DNA of 64,000 nucleotides from a virus (IMGVR_UViG_2854558644_000001), one strand, 5' to 3'. Positions 9,501-19,609 are shown, counted from the first letter of the stretch. A program made the numbers and translations. The notes: generated by a model from the letters alone, not told the origin.

Positions 9501-9773
9501 ATGAGTAGATGGTTATATGATCCTGAAACGGATTCACGGAATGGAAAAGAGTTTACTTATAACTCACCAATACATGAGAATGACACATTATTTAATGGCT
9601 TTTCGTATAGAGAAGTTATGGATGTTGTGATTGCAAATTATGGTCATGACATTACAGAAAAACAGTTTGATAAGGCACTTAAAGAATTTATGGATATGCG
9701 AATTGAAGATATGAAAGAAAATCTGATATTGTGTAAGGCAAATATGTTAAAGGAAATTAGAAAGGCAGGTTGA
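9501..9773 (+). CDS. hypothetical protein
   Basis: ORF+SD GGAGG. Confidence 0.55.
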   Translation: MSRWLYDPETDSRNGKEFTYNSPIHENDTLFNGFSYREVMDVVIANYGHDITEKQFDKALKEFMDMRIEDMKENLILCKANMLKEIRKAG

Positions 9774-9778
9774 TTAGT

Positions 9779-10813
9779 ATGAGAGAAATTAAAGTTCAGT
9801 TATATAGAGGCGAAGATGACAATTATGTAGAACTTTGGAAAACAGTTGAAGAAATTGAAGGAAAACATAGATATTACGGAAGATATACATATGGAAATGA
9901 GGGAACTTGGTATTCAGTATGCGATCCGCTTGGTTACTGTGAATTAAATGCACCAATGGCAGATGATGTAATGTTTATCTGTTGTGATGAAAATGGAAAT
10001 GAAGTAATCAGATATTCAAATGCGGATGGAAATAAACTTCCAAAATTTGAAACGATAATCAAAAGAGAATGGAACAAGGTAAAGGAAAAGCTTCAGTATA
10101 ATGTGGAAGACTTGACTAAGAACTTTTGGGCTGAGTGTTGGAACGGAGATACCACAATGAAAATAAATCAGTGGTTGTTATCTTATAAAGATCCAGATTT
10201 ATATCCTGAAAAGGCAAAAGATTATGACGAAAATTGGACAGGATGTTGGGCAGAAAAGGAAATTGAATATGAACCTATTCCAGATACAGAATTTGAGTAT
10301 TTAGGTCATAAATATCAGTTCACGAAGGTAAAACATAAACATGAATATTGTGGTGTTGAGTGGTACGAGTTTGTATGTACTGATTCACCTTATGTAATGC
10401 AGGATACACCTTGGGTAAAGGATAGAGCATGGATTCAGTCTTATATGTATCTTGGAAATTGGTTTGATGATAAGACTTATGGAACAATGTATGATCAAAG
10501 AACTGCAAGAGAAAAGGTGGTTGCAGCACTTATCAAAAAGTTTCCTATGAAAGAGAAATGGGATAAGTTACTTTATGTAAAGAAGAGAACAGGAAATGAA
10601 TTTTATAATTGTGATTGCTGTTATGAAAAATCATATTCTGATATGGCAGATGTGCTTATTAACAGAAATTATCACAGAAAGGATGTTGACCATCTTTGTA
10701 AGTTCATCAACAAGGAAACGGAAGATATAGTGTTTGCAAGTAACAGAGGCAATAAATATACAATTAGACAGACTTATCCAGATATTTATGATTATGATAA
10801 TTGTCTGATATAA
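9779..10813 (+). CDS. hypothetical Trp/Cys-rich protein
   Basis: ORF; SD AAAGGCAGG 9 nt upstream of ATG 9779. Confidence 0.55.
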   Translation: MREIKVQLYRGEDDNYVELWKTVEEIEGKHRYYGRYTYGNEGTWYSVCDPLGYCELNAPMADDVMFICCDENGNEVIRYSNADGNKLPKFETIIKREWNKVKEKLQYNVEDLTKNFWAECWNGDTTMKINQWLLSYKDPDLYPEKAKDYDENWTGCWAEKEIEYEPIPDTEFEYLGHKYQFTKVKHKHEYCGVEWYEFVCTDSPYVMQDTPWVKDRAWIQSYMYLGNWFDDKTYGTMYDQRTAREKVVAALIKKFPMKEKWDKLLYVKKRTGNEFYNCDCCYEKSYSDMADVLINRNYHRKDVDHLCKFINKETEDIVFASNRGNKYTIRQTYPDIYDYDNCLI

Positions 10814-10830
10814 GAATTGAGGTGATTAAT

Positions 10831-11151
10831 ATGCAAATTCTTGATAAAGCAATTACACCAGATGGAATTGAAATTGAGTTACACGATTTAAGTAGAGAAC
10901 ACAAATTACCCGATTACAACGGAATGATAATTACATTTTGTACAGTTGCTAAAAATACTTTTCCGGAAGGTAAAGGGTGGTATTCACAAAAAGGGAAAGA
11001 ATTTCGGTCATCTATTTATAGTTGGGGAGAATATACAAAAGACATGATAAAGGCAGATTATGAAGCGTTGAAGAATGGGACAAAAACTCTTGCAGATTTA
11101 AAAGCACATCTTTGGAATCATCAGAGAGATTGTTTTGTACTTGGATTATAG
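10831..11151 (+). CDS. hypothetical protein
   Basis: ORF+SD GAGGTGATTAAT. Confidence 0.55.
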   Translation: MQILDKAITPDGIEIELHDLSREHKLPDYNGMIITFCTVAKNTFPEGKGWYSQKGKEFRSSIYSWGEYTKDMIKADYEALKNGTKTLADLKAHLWNHQRDCFVLGL

Positions 11152-11163
11152 GAGAAAACGCAA

Positions 11164-11553
11164 ATGGCAGCACAGAAATTTGAATTATTTATGGGTTGTA
11201 TGGGTAATGGAACTACTGTATGTAATAAAGCAGTATATGAACATGGAGATTATAAAACTATTGCACATATTTCTAATCATGGGGTAATTAAGTTTTATGT
11301 TCCTGAAGATTATATTCCAGCCGATGCAATGGAAAAGATAAAGAAAACAGCAGAACGAAGCAAGGCAGAATTTTTAGAGAAATGGAATCAGAAAACTACA
11401 AGACAGAAGTGTGAATATATGTTAGATATTCCTAGTATTGGCTATGGTGGAGTTATGAATCCATTTTATGTAATATGGGACAACAATAGAGATTTACCAT
11501 TTGAAGAAAGAGTTAAGTTGATGGAAGAGAAATTCTTTCAGACACACATGTAA
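11164..11553 (+). CDS. hypothetical protein
   Basis: ORF+SD. Confidence 0.55.
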   Translation: MAAQKFELFMGCMGNGTTVCNKAVYEHGDYKTIAHISNHGVIKFYVPEDYIPADAMEKIKKTAERSKAEFLEKWNQKTTRQKCEYMLDIPSIGYGGVMNPFYVIWDNNRDLPFEERVKLMEEKFFQTHM

Positions 11554-11565
11554 AGGAGTGATACT

Positions 11566-11889
11566 ATGGCACAGCAAATATATTATTTACATAGCTGTAA
11601 TGAATGGAAAGAGTATTCTAGTATGCGACTTCTTTTCATTGGAACATCACAACAAAAGTTAAAAATGAAAATCTCAAAGGAAATTGAAGAAGGTAACATG
11701 GAATATAAACCAGTTACTACTTATCATGATTGGGATGGAGAACATATTATATGTAAAGAAAAAGAGAATACTCCGAAACAACAAGCGAAATTATTTAGAC
11801 AGGATTGGGAAACGGAAACAAGAGACAATATTAATTCTGAATTAAAATATGGAGATTTTGATTATACATACAATAACGAAGAAATGTAG
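11566..11889 (+). CDS. hypothetical protein
   Basis: ORF+SD AAGGAG. Confidence 0.55.
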   Translation: MAQQIYYLHSCNEWKEYSSMRLLFIGTSQQKLKMKISKEIEEGNMEYKPVTTYHDWDGEHIICKEKENTPKQQAKLFRQDWETETRDNINSELKYGDFDYTYNNEEM

Positions 11890-11939
11890 TCTTAGGAAAT
11901 TGTAATTTACTTAGAAAGAGTGTGATTGAAATGGAATTT

Positions 11940-12077
11940 AGATTGACAAGTGAAAGTATGGAGTTGCTAATTGAATCTATTGTAGATGCAGTTGAAAATA
12001 CAGAAGATAGAGATATGCAATTTGAAATGGTAAAGACAATTCTTGAAGATAATGGAATTGTAGAAATTAAAGACTAA
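11940..12077 (+). CDS. small acidic protein (45 aa)
   Basis: small ORF filling gap. Confidence 0.35.
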   Translation, partial: RLTSESMELLIESIVDAVENTEDRDMQFEMVKTILEDNGIVEIKD

Positions 12078-12142
12078 TACAGAGAATAACAAGGCAGACG
12101 CAAACAAATGTGTCTGTCTTATTTATTAGAAAGGAAAATGAA

Positions 12143-12349
12143 ATGACTGATTATGATAATGCAGAAAGATTACGGAAACACTATTTATTAGACACAACAA
12201 AACATAAAACAAAAAATATTTGTAGAGCAAAGCCAAATTGGAATGGTTGCGATTATTGTGATGTCTATGCAGGAAGTGGTGAAGAATGTTGGAATCAGAA
12301 AAGTGATTTCAAATGTTGTCACTGTGAAAGAATCGAGGTGATTAAATGA
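12143..12349 (+). CDS. hypothetical Cys-rich protein
   Basis: ORF+SD AAGGAAA. Confidence 0.5.
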   Translation: MTDYDNAERLRKHYLLDTTKHKTKNICRAKPNWNGCDYCDVYAGSGEECWNQKSDFKCCHCERIEVIK

Positions 12350-12519
12350 AAACATTACGAAAAGGTACAAAAGTAAAATTACTTAATCCTGATGAAACAT
12401 GGGGAGAATATTTTACAGTACATAAAAAGGAAAAAGATTTTGTATATCTTGTTTCTGATAACAAACCAGATTTTGGTATATGTATGACGATTTCAATCAA
12501 CAAAGTAAAGTTAATATAA
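12346..12519 (+). CDS. small hypothetical protein (57 aa)
   Basis: ATGA overlap, SD GAGGTGA. Confidence 0.45.
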   Translation: MKTLRKGTKVKLLNPDETWGEYFTVHKKEKDFVYLVSDNKPDFGICMTISINKVKLI

Positions 12520-12538
12520 GAAAGGTTGGTAGATAACT

Positions 12539-13726
12539 ATGATGAAATTTACAATGAATGCAAAGGATTTAAAGGTAATGATGGAGAAGGGAATGGCTGC
12601 AATTAATAAAAAAGCACCTCTTTCTACACTGACAAGATTGTATTTCCAGATAGATGAAAATGGAATTCTCAAAGTTTGGGGAACTGATATAGAGCATTGG
12701 GTAGAAGTCAGAACAGATAATGTTTATGATGCTCACCCAGGAGTTCTTGGAATTGATGTGGATGATATTAAAATCATTTCAAAAATGAGTGGTGAAATTA
12801 CATTAGAGGATGTAACCACAGAAGATATGGAAGTAGGTAAAATCAATATTAAGTGTGGAAAGAAAATTGTTACAATCCCACGTTATCAGAACACAGATAT
12901 TTTCCTTCCGTCAATGGATGAAAGTGAAAAGAAAATCATGTCTATAAAGGGAAATTGGTTACTTGAAACGGTTGTTAATCTTAATACATATACAGCAGAT
13001 GATGACAACCGAAAGATGATGCAGGTATTTAATTTTAATACAAAGTCAAAGAGAATTGAAGCTCTTGATGGTCATAGAATTGGAATGAGAACACTTGAAA
13101 ATCAGACCATTTATGAGACAACGGAAAGTCCATTTGATACAGTAAAAATTCATAACAAGTGTGTTCCTGTATTTAAGAAGCTGATGGATAAGAAATCTGA
13201 AAAGGAAATTGAAATCTATCAGGATAAGAAATATATCAAGGTTGAAGGAAATGATTTTACATACATTATCCGTAGAATTGACGGAGAGTATTTCAAAGTA
13301 GATTCAATGCTTGATATGTCTGATGATTATAGATTTGTACCTGATAGAAAACAGATTCTTGATGCAATGAAGTATGACACAGAATTAAGAAAAACATCTG
13401 GTGCAGATAAGAAACCAGTCGTATTACATAGTGAGAATGGAAATTTATATTCATACATTGCAGCAGGTAAATATGAGGCATTTGATGAATTTGAGACAAG
13501 CGAAAATAACATGAAGGACAACTTCTATATTGGTTTTGATCCGCAGTTTCTAACAGATGCATTTAACATTGTTGATTCTGATAACCCTTTATGTTTTGGT
13601 ACAGGTAACAAAGCACCATTACTTATCAATGGAGATGAGTACAAGATTTTAGTATTACCTGTAAACATTGGGAGTGAAGATTATAGTGCAGAATTTACAA
13701 AGAGAATTAGAGGTGAGGTGGCATAA
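12539..13726 (+). CDS. DNA polymerase sliding clamp (DnaN/beta-clamp-like)
   Basis: 395 aa; N-terminal pattern MKFTMNAKDL...L...TLTRLYFQIDENGILKVWGTD resembles DnaN domain I. Confidence 0.5.
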   Translation: MMKFTMNAKDLKVMMEKGMAAINKKAPLSTLTRLYFQIDENGILKVWGTDIEHWVEVRTDNVYDAHPGVLGIDVDDIKIISKMSGEITLEDVTTEDMEVGKINIKCGKKIVTIPRYQNTDIFLPSMDESEKKIMSIKGNWLLETVVNLNTYTADDDNRKMMQVFNFNTKSKRIEALDGHRIGMRTLENQTIYETTESPFDTVKIHNKCVPVFKKLMDKKSEKEIEIYQDKKYIKVEGNDFTYIIRRIDGEYFKVDSMLDMSDDYRFVPDRKQILDAMKYDTELRKTSGADKKPVVLHSENGNLYSYIAAGKYEAFDEFETSENNMKDNFYIGFDPQFLTDAFNIVDSDNPLCFGTGNKAPLLINGDEYKILVLPVNIGSEDYSAEFTKRIRGEVA

Positions 13727-13755
13727 GCCACCTCACTTTTGGAAGGAGTGGTTAT

Positions 13756-13962
13756 ATGTTGGAAAGTTATGTTATGGAAAGTGCAGATTATGCAAAGATT
13801 AAGAAATTAAGGACACTACACAATATGGAAACATTTTGGGATGACGTTAGAAAATTTACAAAAAATGTGAGATCGGATCATAGTTTAGGAAGATGGCAGA
13901 TATTAGCAGAAGCGAGATATGGTGAACTGATGCAGGCAAAACGTAGTTTTTATGAAGATTAA
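13756..13962 (+). CDS. hypothetical protein
   Basis: ORF+SD GGAAGGAGTGG. Confidence 0.5.
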   Translation: MLESYVMESADYAKIKKLRTLHNMETFWDDVRKFTKNVRSDHSLGRWQILAEARYGELMQAKRSFYED

Positions 13963-14006
13963 AACCAAAAGAAAGAACTGTTTACAAAGAATAGGAGACA
14001 ATAATT

Positions 14007-14201
14007 ATGAAAGAAAAAGATATTAGAATTTGTCCAGTATGTAATAAGGAAGTAGAAAGAAATGATATGAATTTCACAAGAGACTGTCATGGAATCACTT
14101 TTAGATTAGTGTGTAATGATTGTTGGGAAAAATTAATGGAAAAAGGATATGACGGTCAATATTATAGTGAAGCAGATGAATGTATTGATGAAAATTATTA
14201 G
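14007..14201 (+). CDS. zinc-ribbon protein
   Basis: CPVCNK...CNDCWEK; ORF+SD. Confidence 0.5.
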   Translation: MKEKDIRICPVCNKEVERNDMNFTRDCHGITFRLVCNDCWEKLMEKGYDGQYYSEADECIDENY

Positions 14202-14214
14202 GAGGTAGCGTAAT

Positions 14215-14628
14215 ATGACATACTACGAAACAAAAATAGGAAAGATTATTGAGGAAGAGTTCGATTCACGAATGGGAAATGCAGTTATTTCTTACATTAT
14301 GGATAAAGGTATGAGTAACGTAAAAGAGGTTACTGACGAGCAGATTGAAAAGCTCGAAGGTAACGGACTTATGACACAGGATTTTGTTCAGTCATTAGTA
14401 AGGTGTGCAAGACGGATATGTAATGAATGCGAATGGATTGAACTAATAGAGTTCATTAGATTGCATTTATGGTGTACTCCAATAGTACATGATGTGTATT
14501 TATATAAGGAAGATTTTACTGATGAATCGTTTGCAGAATTGCTTGATAATCTGGATCTTGATGAAAGCGAAGCCGGTGAAGAGATTAAGTTATTTGCAGT
14601 AGTTGATAGTGATTGTTTAAAGGAGTGA
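14215..14628 (+). CDS. hypothetical protein
   Basis: ORF+SD AGGAGG. Confidence 0.55.
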   Translation: MTYYETKIGKIIEEEFDSRMGNAVISYIMDKGMSNVKEVTDEQIEKLEGNGLMTQDFVQSLVRCARRICNECEWIELIEFIRLHLWCTPIVHDVYLYKEDFTDESFAELLDNLDLDESEAGEEIKLFAVVDSDCLKE

Positions 14629-14633
14629 TTTAT

Positions 14634-14807
14634 ATGATGACAGAAGAGAGATTTAAAGAGACAAATTATAAAATGAGTTACGAGGAATACAAAAAGTGCG
14701 ATTGTACTGAATGTGATCAGGAAGATTGTATTCACAGAAACGCTTATAGAAGAGTGCCTGAGATTGATGGTGGACTTGGTTTATGTCCTAATCTGAAAGG
14801 AGAGTGA
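14634..14807 (+). CDS. small Cys-rich protein
   Basis: ORF+SD AAGGAGTGA. Confidence 0.45.
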   Translation: MMTEERFKETNYKMSYEEYKKCDCTECDQEDCIHRNAYRRVPEIDGGLGLCPNLKGE

Positions 14808-14812
14808 TTGAA

Positions 14813-15061
14813 ATGGTACAACCTACAAGCGGATTTCATGTCTATTCAGATTTGAATACATGGATTGATTTTATGATTGTAATTGATATATACGAAAATT
14901 TTTCAAAAGCAGAAAAAATTATAAGGGAAGCAGAAGAAACTTATTGGACGGATGAGGATGCTTATAGCGAAACAATGGCAGATTGGATTGGTAGTAAATT
15001 AGAAGATAACAATATTTCGTTTGAGATTTTCTTTAAAGATGAAGATGAGGAGAGTGATTAA
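14813..15061 (+). CDS. hypothetical acidic protein
   Basis: ORF+SD AAAGGAGAGTGA. Confidence 0.5.
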   Translation: MVQPTSGFHVYSDLNTWIDFMIVIDIYENFSKAEKIIREAEETYWTDEDAYSETMADWIGSKLEDNNISFEIFFKDEDEESD

Positions 15062-15062
15062 A

Positions 15063-15251
15063 ATGTACAAACTACGAATATATAAGTTGTCTGGTGCAGA
15101 TAAAGGAAACTTAGATCACGAAGAATTGTTTAATACCAAAGAGCAGATGGACAAAAGATATGACGAGTTATTCAAAAAGGATTTGTATGGCTTAAATCCG
15201 ACTGCATGGGAACAGAAAAATGGTGGATGGAAACGATTGGAAGGATATTAA
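15063..15251 (+). CDS. hypothetical protein
   Basis: ORF+SD GAGGAGAGTGA. Confidence 0.5.
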   Translation: MYKLRIYKLSGADKGNLDHEELFNTKEQMDKRYDELFKKDLYGLNPTAWEQKNGGWKRLEGY

Positions 15252-15324
15252 TGTTTAAGTATATTATCAGCTATAATGGCGGTCAATTAAGAGATAATGG
15301 AGAATAACTTAATAGTGATAGTTA

Positions 15325-15355
15325 AAGCAGAGATTTAATTATCTCTGCTTTTTCT
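15325..15355 (+). terminator. rho-independent terminator
   Basis: perfect 10-bp stem AAGCAGAGAT/ATCTCTGCTT, loop TTAATT, T-run. Confidence 0.7.
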
Positions 15356-15607
15356 ATAAATACATATGAGGAGGTGTTAGAGTGATTAAACCTTACAAAA
15401 TGTACGGCGACTTCTATGTACCAGGTTGTCCAAATGCTTTTCCAACTGAAGAAGAAGCATGGGAATACATAGAAGAGAATTGCTAACACAAGAGGCATCG
15501 GCTGGTGACACAGCCGTGTAAGTCCTCGCTCCTATATTAGTATTATAACACAAAATGGAAAGGAATAGTAATGTTTTTGTATTTATCTAAATTGAAGAGG
15601 TGAGAAG

Positions 15608-15907
15608 ATGACAAGCACAATAGAAAGAGACTTTGTAGTAAAAAATGATGTAGCAAGTTTCCCAATGAAAGAATATCCAAACTATTGCGGAATTGAAGAT
15701 ATTGGATATATTTCACACGGAGAATGGTCAGATGCAGAACTTGAATACAAGGGAAAATTATTCAATGAAAATGTGGTGTCAGATGCAATGTGGGAAAGAT
15801 TTATTGAAGAATTTCCTGATAAAGATGGAGATTACGAAGCGTTTAATCAGTATATGTACGACAATAAGGATGAAGTGTATGAGTTATTAGAAGATTGGAG
15901 TAATTAA
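15608..15907 (+). CDS. hypothetical protein
   Basis: ORF+SD GAGGTGAGAAG. Confidence 0.55.
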   Translation: MTSTIERDFVVKNDVASFPMKEYPNYCGIEDIGYISHGEWSDAELEYKGKLFNENVVSDAMWERFIEEFPDKDGDYEAFNQYMYDNKDEVYELLEDWSN

Positions 15908-15908
15908 T

Positions 15909-16202
15909 ATGGTAGATCAGTGGACAGGTAAATGGACGGAAGAAAAAGATTATAGTACATATCCAAAAGAGAAATGGTGTGACTATGATTGTATGGCTGC
16001 ATGGATCAGAGAACAGAAATATGAGCCAAAAACATCAATGGAAAACTTGATCACGAATATTTTCTTACATTATGATTGTGAAATTGAAGAAGAGTCAAGT
16101 AGTTATAATGCAGAGAATGGAAACTTTGATGGAACATATGTGGAAGCTGTACAGGCATATGTAACTGATACAGGATTAAGCGAATTTGATTATGAAGCAT
16201 AG
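15909..16202 (+). CDS. hypothetical protein
   Basis: ORF, coupled start. Confidence 0.5.
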   Translation: MVDQWTGKWTEEKDYSTYPKEKWCDYDCMAAWIREQKYEPKTSMENLITNIFLHYDCEIEEESSSYNAENGNFDGTYVEAVQAYVTDTGLSEFDYEA

Positions 16203-16208
16203 AGTGGA

Positions 16209-16415
16209 GTGATGGAAATGAAAATTACACAGACAAGAGTAAAACAATATAACAGTACATACAAAACAGTTATTGCAATTGATGGTGTTCCTGTATGTAT
16301 TACACGGAGTAATAAGAGAGCAAGTGACATTGTTTCTTATCTATCAGGATACGAGGTTGAAATTAACGATGGAAAATTAAAGAAGCAGTTGGATAAGATT
16401 AGAGATAAGAAATAG
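16209..16415 (+). CDS. hypothetical protein
   Basis: ORF+SD GGAGTGA. Confidence 0.5.
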   Translation: MMEMKITQTRVKQYNSTYKTVIAIDGVPVCITRSNKRASDIVSYLSGYEVEINDGKLKKQLDKIRDKK

Positions 16416-16446
16416 CAATTTCATTTTAAGATTGGAGAACAAAATT

Positions 16447-16665
16447 ATGGATAATATCACAGTAATTACATTAAATGCAAACGATGAACAAATAGAAACA
16501 GTCTTGACGGTGGATGAATTAATCTATGCTTGGCAGCACGATATAGATATTCCAACCAATGACGATACTGTTGTTAGTTGCGTGTTAAGTGAAACGCAGT
16601 TGTATTTTGAAACATTTGGTGAATTAATGGAAGCTTTGACTGGAAGCGATAGAAAGGATAGTTGA
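16447..16665 (+). CDS. hypothetical acidic protein
   Basis: ORF+SD TTGGAGAAC. Confidence 0.5.
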   Translation: MDNITVITLNANDEQIETVLTVDELIYAWQHDIDIPTNDDTVVSCVLSETQLYFETFGELMEALTGSDRKDS

Positions 16666-16670
16666 TTTAT

Positions 16671-17528
16671 ATGATATTTAATATAAAATTTTGGAGCATG
16701 GAAAAGTATTTACCTACAAAAAGATGTAGAAATTTAAGGCAGCGTTATGTAAAAAATAATATAGATGTAAATATTAAAGAATTGATTGAAACAGATTTTC
16801 CAGTTGCTTTTATTATACATGATTATCAAAGTGTATATGAAAATGCAAAATCTTATGATGATTTTTATGGAAACGGTGAATATAAAATGTTTTCGGAAGA
16901 AATGAGAACATACAACGGAAAATTATTCAAGCCAGTAAGAATTTCGCATGGAACGGCAATTAGTACAAACTTTGAGTCGTTTGACTATATTAAGCAGAGA
17001 ATACAAGATTATGATCCATATTGGAAAGGTGGAGAAGATTTCACCGAAAAATCTATTGTAAAGGAAAGCAATATAGAAGAATGTAAACAAATTATTTTTT
17101 CAAGAGCAGAAAATTATGTGATTTTCGATGGTAAGGTTTGGGAAACTTGCGGAGAACCAATGTACAATGTTACAACTTTTGGACTTGGACACAATCACGG
17201 AGGAACAGGATTTTTTATACAGTATAATTACAATTCAAACATTAGTAATAAAAATTATTTTAATGCTCTTGAAAGAGAAAAGGCGATTACATATGGAAAA
17301 CAAGTTGCTTTAAATCGTGGTGATACAAATAGTATTGATAATATGGGAGAACATGATATTATTGAAGTTTTGATGCCAGAAATGGTCACAAGAAACCCAC
17401 AGAAAGAACACGGAGAAGGAGATTCTTTTATGAATTTAATAGAAGATGTAATTACCAATACAGATAGTAGTATGGAAGCTGGATTATTAACAGCTTGTCT
17501 ATGTGCAAATGAAATTAGTAAGGAGTGA
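16671..17528 (+). CDS. hypothetical protein
   Basis: ORF; SD AGAAAGGATA 10 nt upstream of ATG 16671. Confidence 0.55.
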   Translation: MIFNIKFWSMEKYLPTKRCRNLRQRYVKNNIDVNIKELIETDFPVAFIIHDYQSVYENAKSYDDFYGNGEYKMFSEEMRTYNGKLFKPVRISHGTAISTNFESFDYIKQRIQDYDPYWKGGEDFTEKSIVKESNIEECKQIIFSRAENYVIFDGKVWETCGEPMYNVTTFGLGHNHGGTGFFIQYNYNSNISNKNYFNALEREKAITYGKQVALNRGDTNSIDNMGEHDIIEVLMPEMVTRNPQKEHGEGDSFMNLIEDVITNTDSSMEAGLLTACLCANEISKE

Positions 17529-17532
17529 TGAG

Positions 17533-17910
17533 ATGACAAAAAATGAATTAAAAATGAAATTAGAAGCAGGTGCATTTCTTGTAGATTTATTTGATTTGAC
17601 GTATGGACAGGAATGTTTGATTTATAAGGGAAATTTTGAAACCTCTGATCAGATTATTTATATTCCAGATGTTGATCTGAACGAAATTGATACAGAATCT
17701 GTATTAGAGGATGAAGAAATTGAAAATGTGCTTAATCATTGTTATACAGGAAATGATTTTGTTGATGAATGTAACGGTCATAGAGAAGTAGCAAAAGAAT
17801 TATTTGATTTTGTCGATTGGCAGAATCCAAATGTTCAGGATTTATTAGATGGATATGATGATGAAGAATTTGAAGAAAGATATGGATTTTCAATGGAAGA
17901 GTTACTATGA
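17533..17910 (+). CDS. hypothetical acidic protein
   Basis: ORF+SD AAGGAGTGATGAG. Confidence 0.5.
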   Translation: MTKNELKMKLEAGAFLVDLFDLTYGQECLIYKGNFETSDQIIYIPDVDLNEIDTESVLEDEEIENVLNHCYTGNDFVDECNGHREVAKELFDFVDWQNPNVQDLLDGYDDEEFEERYGFSMEELL

Positions 17911-17945
17911 AACAAGAGTTTCTTTGGAAGAATGGAGGATATAAT

Positions 17946-18224
17946 ATGCGATTACCACAAGAATTATTTGCAGAAGCCTTATGGTTGGAATGGGATAATC
18001 ATTATGGAATTATCCATAAAGAAAAATTACCAGATCTTCTCAGACGATACAATCTAAAATTAAAAAAGGAAAAGACTTTGGATGATATACAACTAGCTTT
18101 CGGTCGAGGTCTTAAAGGTACGTTTTGTAATACGGCAAAACAAATAGAGCAAATTGCTGAAGAAATTGACAAAATCTGTATCATTGCCAATTGGGAAGAT
18201 GCGGTTGCAAAGTATAAAATTTGA
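17946..18224 (+). CDS. hypothetical protein
   Basis: ORF; SD GGAGG 7 nt upstream; leader carries TTTCTTTGGAAGA motif. Confidence 0.5.
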   Translation: MRLPQELFAEALWLEWDNHYGIIHKEKLPDLLRRYNLKLKKEKTLDDIQLAFGRGLKGTFCNTAKQIEQIAEEIDKICIIANWEDAVAKYKI

Positions 18225-18263
18225 TGAAATGAGGATTTACTGTGAAGAATGGAGGTATATATT

Positions 18264-18512
18264 ATGAGTAACTATGTTGACGAATTGAGAAGAATTCAAA
18301 ATTTAACAAACGAAGAAATAAACGAAGGAAAGAAAAATAAATTGGCAACAGAAATTGTCGAATTATTTGAAGAACTTTTAGATAAAAAAGGAATTGAAAT
18401 TCCTTGTGAGGATGCGACTGAGCAAAAAGAAAGATACGATGGAAATAATGTCGCCAAACTATACGGAATGGAATATTTTGATTTAGTATCAAATGTTCAG
18501 AGCTTATTATAA
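18264..18512 (+). CDS. hypothetical protein
   Basis: ORF+SD GGAGG; leader nearly identical to that of 17946 gene. Confidence 0.5.
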   Translation: MSNYVDELRRIQNLTNEEINEGKKNKLATEIVELFEELLDKKGIEIPCEDATEQKERYDGNNVAKLYGMEYFDLVSNVQSLL

Positions 18513-18526
18513 AGGAGAGATGCATT

Positions 18527-18718
18527 ATGGTAAGAATTAAAGATGGAAATTATATAGCAATATTCCACGATAGAATGATTGAAGTAAAAGCAGATTCAAA
18601 AAGAGATGCTTATAATAAAGCAAAAAGATATTTTGAATCCAGAGAACATAGAGAATTATTTGATGGTGAGCTAAAAGTGTGTCAAATACCATCTATGATA
18701 GGTATTCTTGATGAGTAA
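18527..18718 (+). CDS. hypothetical protein
   Basis: ORF+SD AAAGGAGAG. Confidence 0.5.
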   Translation: MVRIKDGNYIAIFHDRMIEVKADSKRDAYNKAKRYFESREHRELFDGELKVCQIPSMIGILDE

Positions 18719-18767
18719 ATGAAACGATGATTTACAAGGAAATTAGAAAGGTTAAAATGGTGATAAT

Positions 18768-19400
18768 ATGGGACAGAGAAGCCAAATTTATATAAGATAT
18801 AATGTAAACTATGTGTATGGTTCGGCAACGGATCATCCAAAAACGCAGAACTTTAAAGGTTTAATCGCAAGATATTTCCAGTGGAATTACGGTGAGAGAA
18901 TGATTAGTCGTGCAAGATACATTATAGAGGAAATTAAAGATGAATTTATGGAATATAAATACTGTTTCAATGACAATGAAAAGCTTGAAAAGCTAAAACG
19001 TTTCTGTGAAACGAATTTTGACATGAAGGATATTGTATTTAGTTCTGATATTCTTAAAGAAGTTGAAGAATTTGACGGAGACTTACAGCTTTTATTTGGA
19101 CAACCAAATAATGATGGACAGCTTTTTATTGATATAACAGATGCTGGAATTAAATATTGCTTTATGAAATATTATAATGAAGGCGAGCCTATGAATGGCG
19201 AGAATTACATGAAATGGAATTGTGAAAATAAAGATCATCCAGATTGGCATATTCCTTATGAGTATATGAATAAGAAAACAATCTCATATACCGAAAGGAA
19301 TATTAAAAAGATTGATAAAATGGCTACACTTATGACACCTGAAGAAATTAAATCGTTTGTAGAAGATGATTATTCTTATTTATTTGCACCATTATTCTAA
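18768..19400 (+). CDS. hypothetical protein
   Basis: 210-aa ORF. Confidence 0.55.
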   Translation: MGQRSQIYIRYNVNYVYGSATDHPKTQNFKGLIARYFQWNYGERMISRARYIIEEIKDEFMEYKYCFNDNEKLEKLKRFCETNFDMKDIVFSSDILKEVEEFDGDLQLLFGQPNNDGQLFIDITDAGIKYCFMKYYNEGEPMNGENYMKWNCENKDHPDWHIPYEYMNKKTISYTERNIKKIDKMATLMTPEEIKSFVEDDYSYLFAPLF

Positions 19401-19437
19401 AAGCAACGAAACGGAAATTTCAGAAGGAGTTATTAAA

Positions 19438-19592
19438 TGAAAATAAAATTTAAAGACTTATATATGGATGGAGAAGTCGTAATACTTGACGTAAGCGATA
19501 TAAGAATGATGACAGGCGATCAGGATGAAACAATATTGATTGAGAATGTCGATGGAGTATTTTATAGGGCAATTGTCATTGAATTTGTTTAA
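19438..19592 (+). CDS. small hypothetical protein (51 aa)
   Basis: ORF+SD GAAGGAG. Confidence 0.4.
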
Positions 19593-19609
19593 GGAAAGGT
19601 AGAAAAGTT

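Noticed and set aside
15382-15486. 34-aa GTG-initiated ORF after terminator at 15.3 kb
   Set aside because: Very short, GTG start, cannot be distinguished from chance despite GAGGAGG upstream.
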